Below, piece by piece: positions 36,538 through 40,735 of a DNA stretch of 40,735 nt (its first letter is position 1; each line of letters opens with the position of its first letter). The position numbers and the translations under genes were made by a program. The notes below the pieces were generated by a model that saw only the letters and a list, made by a program, of their open reading frames with translations, did no database searches and had not been told where the DNA came from. This DNA comes from Chloroflexota bacterium. GTDB lineage: Bacteria; Chloroflexota; Limnocylindria; Limnocylindrales; CSP1-4. The stretch covers positions 1 to 40,735 of the forward strand of contig JBDTOF010000116.1 in the NCBI GenBank assembly GCA_039933375.1. Reading direction: 5' to 3'.

Positions 36538-37206
36538 CTAGGCCCCCTGTCCGATCGACGCAGCTGGCGCGGGCTGGCGCTCTGGTGCGAAGTCGCCGCG
36601 GTAGATCCAGACCTTGACGCCGATCCGGCCGTAGGTCGTGTGAGCGTGAACCTGCCCGTAGCTGATGTCCGCCCGGAGCGTCCCGAGCGGGATGCGGCCT
36701 TCCTTGTCCCACTCGCGACGGCCCATCTCGGCGCCGCCGAGGCGTCCCGAGACCATGATCTTGACGCCCTTGGCACCAGCCTTCATGGATCGCTGGATGG
36801 ACTGCTTGATGGCCTTCTTGAAGGCGATGCGTCGGCTCAACTGCTGGCTGATGTTCATCGCCACGAGGTAGGCGTCGAGCTCCGGCTGACGGATCTCCTT
36901 GATTTCCAGCTTGACCTTGCGCTTGGTCAGGCCGGTGATCTGCTGGCGCAGAATCTCGACGTTCTGTCCGCCCTTGCCGATCACGATGCCCGGCTTCGCC
37001 GTATGAACCGTGACGGTCACCTGGCCGAAGTTCCGTTCGATCTCGAGGCCGCTGACGCTCGCGTTGGCGAGCCGCTGCTCGACGAGCCGGCGGATGGTGA
37101 TGTCCTCCTGGAGGAGGGCGGTGTATTCCTTGACGTGGAACCACTTGGCCGTCCACGTGCGCGTTACCCCGAGGCGGAAGCCGTACGGGTGGACCTTATG
37201 TCCCAT
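36538..37206 (-). CDS. rpsC: 30S ribosomal protein S3
   Basis: It starts [18 protein letters not shown], has a KH domain, and has [13 protein letters not shown]. Confidence 0.97.
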   Translation of the reverse strand: MGHKVHPYGFRLGVTRTWTAKWFHVKEYTALLQEDITIRRLVEQRLANASVSGLEIERNFGQVTVTVHTAKPGIVIGKGGQNVEILRQQITGLTKRKVKLEIKEIRQPELDAYLVAMNISQQLSRRIAFKKAIKQSIQRSMKAGAKGVKIMVSGRLGGAEMGRREWDKEGRIPLGTLRADISYGQVHAHTTYGRIGVKVWIYRGDFAPERQPAPAASIGQGA

Positions 37207-37209
37207 CGA

Positions 37210-37548
37210 TCAGGCCTCCCGGTTTCCGACGGTCACGGTGATGTGCGTCTGGGGCTTGTGGATCGGGAACGCCCGACCCTGGGCTCGTGGCCGCCAGCGC
37301 TTGATCGCGGGTCCCTCGTCCGCCCGGGCGTCGAGGACGATCAGCTCATCGGCAGCCATGTTCAGGTTGTTCTCTGCATTGGCCGTTGCGCTCTTCAGCA
37401 CCTTGGCAACGTCCTTGGCGGCGTGCTGAGGCATGAAGCGGAGCGCAGCGGCGGCCTCCTCCACGGGACGGCCTTTGATCGCCTGAACGATCAGGCGGGC
37501 CTTCCGGGTGGAGCCCCGGAGGTACTTGGCGGTTGCGGATACGCGCAC
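37210..37548 (-). CDS. rplV: 50S ribosomal protein L22
   Basis: It has AKYLRGSTRKARLIVQAIKGRPVEEA and KRWRPRAQGRAFPIHKPQTHITV. Confidence 0.96.
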   Translation of the reverse strand: MRVSATAKYLRGSTRKARLIVQAIKGRPVEEAAAALRFMPQHAAKDVAKVLKSATANAENNLNMAADELIVLDARADEGPAIKRWRPRAQGRAFPIHKPQTHITVTVGNREA

Positions 37549-37560
37549 GGTGGGCCGCTC

Positions 37561-37845
37561 CTACTTCGGGCTCGCCGACCGATCGGTGTGCTTGCCGTGC
37601 CCGCGATACGTGCGGGTGGGGGCGAACTCACCAAACCGGTGGCCAACCATGTTCTCGGTCACGTAGACCGGGACGTGCTTGCGGCCGTTGTAGACGGCGA
37701 CCGTATGGCCGATGAAGGTCGGGAAGATGACCGATGCGCGGGACCAGGTCTTGACGACCTTCTTCTCGCTGCGGCGGTTCATTTCCTCGATCCGGCCGAG
37801 GAGGCGGGCCTCGATGAACGGGCCCTTCTTGATTGAACGGGACAT
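37561..37845 (-). CDS. rpsS: 30S ribosomal protein S19
   Basis: It has [12 protein letters not shown] and [34 protein letters not shown]. Confidence 0.97.
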   Translation of the reverse strand: MSRSIKKGPFIEARLLGRIEEMNRRSEKKVVKTWSRASVIFPTFIGHTVAVYNGRKHVPVYVTENMVGHRFGEFAPTRTYRGHGKHTDRSASPK

Positions 37846-37859
37846 TCTCTACCTCCCCC

Positions 37860-38687
37860 CTACTTCCGATGCCGAGAGCGGACGATCAGTCGACTTGTGG
37901 TCTTGCCACGCCGGGTTCGATATCCCATGGCGGGCTTGCCCCACGGTGTCTTGGGCGGCATCCCCGTCGGGGACTTGCCCTCGCCACCGCCGTGGGGGTG
38001 GTCGCGCGGGTTCATGACCACACCGCGGACTTCGGGGCGCTGGCCCATGTGGCGGGCGCGGCCAGCCTTGCCGATGTTCTGGTTCTCGTGCTCGATGTTG
38101 CCGACCTGGCCGACCGTGGCCATGCACCGAATGCTGACCCGGCGAACCTCACCCGAGGGCAGGCGCACCTGCGCCATGTCCCCTTCCTTGGCGAGGAGCT
38201 GAGCCGACACGCCGGCCGACCTGACGATCTGGCCGCCCTTGCCGGGCACGAGCTCGATGTTGTGGATCGTGGTGCCGAGCGGGATCTTGGCGATCGGCAG
38301 CGCGTTACCGACGCGCGCCTCGGCCGCGGGCCCCGAGAGGACCACGTCGCCCACCTTCATGCCGTGCGGCAGGAGCATGTAGCGCTTCTCGCCGTCGCGG
38401 TAGTGGAGGAGACCGATCCGGGCGGACCGGTTCGGGTCGTACTCGACGGTCGCGACGCGTGCCGGCACGCCGAACTTGTCGCGCTTGAAGTCGATCCGGC
38501 GGTAGTGCTGCTTTTCGCCGCCGCCGCGATGGCGGACGGTCAGTCGACCGGCGTTGTTGCGCCCGGACCCGCGCGTCTGCGGCTCCAGCAGGGGCTTATG
38601 CGGCTGGTCGGTGGTGATCTCCTCGAAGGTCGAGCGAGTCATCTGCCGCATACCCGGCGAGGTGGCCTTGTAGCCGCGAAGTGGCAT
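37860..38687 (-). CDS. rplB: 50S ribosomal protein L2
   Basis: It has [16 protein letters not shown] and [13 protein letters not shown]. The start is trimmed to the ATG at 38687, just after the rplW stop at 38690. Confidence 0.97.
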   Translation of the reverse strand: MPLRGYKATSPGMRQMTRSTFEEITTDQPHKPLLEPQTRGSGRNNAGRLTVRHRGGGEKQHYRRIDFKRDKFGVPARVATVEYDPNRSARIGLLHYRDGEKRYMLLPHGMKVGDVVLSGPAAEARVGNALPIAKIPLGTTIHNIELVPGKGGQIVRSAGVSAQLLAKEGDMAQVRLPSGEVRRVSIRCMATVGQVGNIEHENQNIGKAGRARHMGQRPEVRGVVMNPRDHPHGGGEGKSPTGMPPKTPWGKPAMGYRTRRGKTTSRLIVRSRHRK

Positions 38688-38689
38688 GC

Positions 38690-39004
38690 CTACACCCCCT
38701 CGAAGAACTGGATCTTCTGGCCGGGGGCCAGGGTCACGATGGCCTTGCGCCATCCGGAGATGCGGCCAGTCGTCCGCCCGCGGCGAGTGCCGGTCGTCTT
38801 CGTTCCGGGCTGCTTGGTCACGACGTTCACGGCCACCACGGTGACCTTGTCCGTCTTGTACAGCTCCTCGATGGCCGCCTTGATCTGGATCTTGTTGGCG
38901 TCGTTATGCACGGCGAAGGTGTACTTGCCGCGGCCCGCCATGTCGATCGACTTCTCGCTGATGACTGGTCGGAGGATGATCTCGGGAGCGGTGAGGGCGC
39001 TCAC
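38690..39004 (-). CDS. rplW: 50S ribosomal protein L23
   Basis: It has [30 protein letters not shown] and WRKAIVTL. Confidence 0.95.
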   Translation of the reverse strand: MSALTAPEIILRPVISEKSIDMAGRGKYTFAVHNDANKIQIKAAIEELYKTDKVTVVAVNVVTKQPGTKTTGTRRGRTTGRISGWRKAIVTLAPGQKIQFFEGV

Positions 39005-39624
39005 AGGTACACCTCCTCCATGCGGGCGAGGGCAGGCTGCTCGATCACGATCGTGTCCGCCTTGATGAGGTCGACCACGTTGAGCGAGTCGGCCAGGATG
39101 ACCACCACCATGGGCAGGTTCCGGGCGGACAGTCGGAGCTGGTCATTGGATGTCGGCGCAACCACCAGGATCCGGCCCGTCGCGTTGAGCGCGGCCATGA
39201 CCCCGAGGAAGTCCTTGGTCTTGATCTGCTCCATCGCGAATGAGTCCACGACGCGGATCGCTTCGTCTCCGAATTTGGCCGTCAGCGCACCGCGCAGGGC
39301 CAGGCGGCGCATCTTCTTTGGCAGTCGCTGCTCATAGGAGCGCGGGTGTGGACCGAACACGGCCCCACCACCGCGGAAATGCGGCGCGGACCGCGTGCCC
39401 TGGCGGGCGCGACCAGTGCCCTTCTGGCGATACGGCTTTGCGCCGCCGCCGCGGACTTCGCCGCGCGTCTTTGTGTCGTGGGTGCCGATCCGCTTTGCGG
39501 CCAGCTGGGCGGTCACGACCTGGTGGAGGACGGCCTCGTTGATGGGCGCATCGAAGAGCTCGTCATTGAGCTCGACGCTGCCCACTGAGGCGCCAGTCCG
39601 ATCGAACAGGGTTGTCTGCGGCAT
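39001..39624 (-). CDS. rplD: 50S ribosomal protein L4
   Basis: It has GTHDTKTRGEVRGGGAKPYRQKGTGRARQGTRSAPHFRGGG. Confidence 0.97.
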   Translation of the reverse strand: MPQTTLFDRTGASVGSVELNDELFDAPINEAVLHQVVTAQLAAKRIGTHDTKTRGEVRGGGAKPYRQKGTGRARQGTRSAPHFRGGGAVFGPHPRSYEQRLPKKMRRLALRGALTAKFGDEAIRVVDSFAMEQIKTKDFLGVMAALNATGRILVVAPTSNDQLRLSARNLPMVVVILADSLNVVDLIKADTIVIEQPALARMEEVYL

Positions 39625-39627
39625 CGA

Positions 39628-40239
39628 TCAGGCCTTCTTCACGAGGATCAGGCTGCCCCGGGAGCCCGGGAGCGTGCCCTTGATGAGCAGGAGGTGCCGA
39701 TCCGTGTCGGCCTGCACGACCTTGACCTTCTTGGTCGTCACCTGTTCGTCGCCCATGTGGCCGGCCATCTTGAGGCCCCGGTAGACGCGTCCGGGCGTCG
39801 TGCCCGGACCAATCGAACCGGGGGCGCGGTGGTGGTCCGAACCGTGGGTCTTGGGTCCGCGGGCGAAGTGGTGCCGCTTGATGTGTCCGGCGAACCCCTT
39901 GCCCTTGGAGATGCCCGTCACGTCGACGAGATCGCCAGCGGCGAACAGGTCGGCAATGTCGATCGTCTGGCCGACCTCATAGCCGCTCAGGTCGTCCATC
40001 CGGAATTCGCGGATCGTCCCGACGCTCGGGAGGCCCTTGAGCTGGCCGGCGTCTGGCTTGTTGAGCTTCTTCTTCTCTTCGGTCCCGAGCTGGACGGCCG
40101 TGTAGCCATCCCGGTCCGACGTTCGAAGCTTCGTGACCGTGTTGGGGGCGATCTTCAACACGGACACCGCAACCATCGTGCCGTCCGGCTGAAACACCTG
40201 GGTCATGCCGACCTTGCGGCCGATCAATCCGATACTCAT
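39628..40239 (-). CDS. rplC: 50S ribosomal protein L3
   Basis: It has GLIGRKVGMTQVF and GKGFAGHIKRHHFARGPKTHGS. The start is trimmed to the ATG at 40239 (MSIGLIGRK), the usual L3 N-terminus. Confidence 0.96.
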   Translation of the reverse strand: MSIGLIGRKVGMTQVFQPDGTMVAVSVLKIAPNTVTKLRTSDRDGYTAVQLGTEEKKKLNKPDAGQLKGLPSVGTIREFRMDDLSGYEVGQTIDIADLFAAGDLVDVTGISKGKGFAGHIKRHHFARGPKTHGSDHHRAPGSIGPGTTPGRVYRGLKMAGHMGDEQVTTKKVKVVQADTDRHLLLIKGTLPGSRGSLILVKKA

Positions 40240-40378
40240 CGCTCGCAGCTCCGGCCCATCGCGGCGTTGGCGCCTGCGCACCCTCGCTCACGCACGTTTG
40301 AAGTGCGCTCGCTCACGTGCTCGGCACCGCCTTGCGCTGTGCGCGAACCAGCGGCGATGAGGGTCATGTGGGTACTCA
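40240..40378 (-). other. unusually long GC-rich intercistronic spacer between rpsJ and rplC, with inverted and direct repeats (possible structured leader)
   Basis: 139 nt separate the rpsJ stop (40379-40381) from the rplC ATG (40239). On the mRNA strand GCGCAC occurs twice and its complements GUGCGU/GUGCGC occur twice. This allows a local hairpin (GCGCAC-UUCAAAC-GUGCGU) nested in a longer-range pairing. The 9-nt direct repeat GUGAGCGAG occurs twice. Confidence 0.3.
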
Positions 40379-40687
40379 TCACATCTTGATTTCGATGTCG
40401 ACGCCCGCTGGAAGCGAGAGGCGCATCAGGGCATCGACGGTCTTGGACGACGGATCCAGGATGTCCACGAGCCGCTTGTGGGTGCGGATCTCGAACTGCT
40501 CCCGGCTGTCCTTGTCGATGAAGGGCGAGCGGAGGACGGTGAACTTCTCGATCCGCGTCGGCAGCGGCACAGGACCGATGATGTCGGCACCGGTGCGCTG
40601 CGCCGTCTCGACGATCTGCGCCGCCGACTGATCGAGCAGTCGGTGGTCGTAGGCCTTGAGGCGGATCCGAATTCGCTGCTTTGCCAT
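40379..40687 (-). CDS. rpsJ: 30S ribosomal protein S10
   Basis: It starts [29 protein letters not shown]. Confidence 0.97.
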   Translation of the reverse strand: MAKQRIRIRLKAYDHRLLDQSAAQIVETAQRTGADIIGPVPLPTRIEKFTVLRSPFIDKDSREQFEIRTHKRLVDILDPSSKTVDALMRLSLPAGVDIEIKM

Positions 40688-40690
40688 CGG

Positions 40691-40735
40691 TTACTCGGTG
40701 ATGCTCGTGATCGCGCCAGCGCCGACGGTGCGGCC
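40691..40735 (-). CDS. tuf: elongation factor Tu, 3' end only (partial, continues off the right edge)
   Basis: The minus-strand translation of 40735..40694 is GRTVGAGAITSITE followed by TAA (40693-40691). This matches the conserved EF-Tu C-terminus (GRTVGAGVV..I.E), and the position upstream of rpsJ is canonical. Confidence 0.85.
   Translation of the reverse strand, partial: GRTVGAGAITSITE

Noticed and set aside
35758-37836. A 692-aa plus-strand ORF across rpsQ-rpmC-rplP-rpsC-rplV-rpsS.
   Set aside because: It lies antisense to six unmistakable ribosomal protein genes, so it is a GC-rich shadow ORF with no domain signal. The same reasoning applies to 1283-2860(+), 2866-3999(+), 10365-11822(+), 14272-15429(+), 15197-16399(+), 16727-17869(+), 17830-18999(+), 22473-23951(+), 29875-31476(+) and 37833-39065(+).
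40236-40367. Calling the 43-codon ORF in the rpsJ-rplC spacer as a protein-coding gene.
   Set aside because: It has no recognisable similarity, unremarkable composition and only moderate third-position GC bias. Chance ORFs of this length are common at this GC content. It is reported only as part of the spacer finding.
1-40735. A mobile element, prophage, defence island or other horizontally acquired block.
   Set aside because: There are no integrase, transposase, recombinase, phage structural, restriction-modification, Cas or toxin-like genes, no flanking tRNA, and no terminal inverted or direct repeats bracketing a segment. Composition and codon style look uniform by eye, including across the 9334-12884 block.

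Overview
This is a visibly GC-rich bacterial chromosomal core segment, not an obvious accessory island. About 60 genes lie on the minus strand in one uninterrupted co-directional array, many joined by ATGA/GTGA or 1-nt start/stop overlaps. In transcription order (right to left) the array is: tuf (3' end), then the S10/spc/alpha ribosomal protein operons (rpsJ to rplQ, including secY-adk-map-infA-rpmJ and rpoA). Next come truA, rplM-rpsI, argF, a TPR protein, cdaA-cdaR-glmM-glmS, acpS, nnrD and alr. Four poorly characterised ORFs follow (macro domain, 98 aa, 547-aa ASKHA/MutL-like ATPase, 336 aa). The array ends with tsaE-tsaB-rimI-tsaD, rsmA, ispE, ridA, glmU and a CorC/HlyC-type transporter. 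A polyprenyl diphosphate synthase (+) and a possible recO 5' end sit at the left edge. I see no rRNA, tRNA, CRISPR array, transposase, integrase or recognisable defence gene. The best candidate for undescribed biology is the four-gene block (9334-12884) between alr and the t6A genes, especially the translationally coupled ASKHA ATPase plus 336-aa partner. I cannot assign it a function from sequence alone, and it may be lineage-specific housekeeping. Secondary oddities are acidic tails on L15, S17 and CdaA, a Cys4 motif in L24, a 139-nt GC-rich spacer between rpsJ and rplC, and twin palindromic hairpins upstream of tsaE. Several ORF-track N-termini are over-extended. I trimmed them to starts that abut or overlap the upstream stop codon. 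The track also writes GTG/TTG starts as M.
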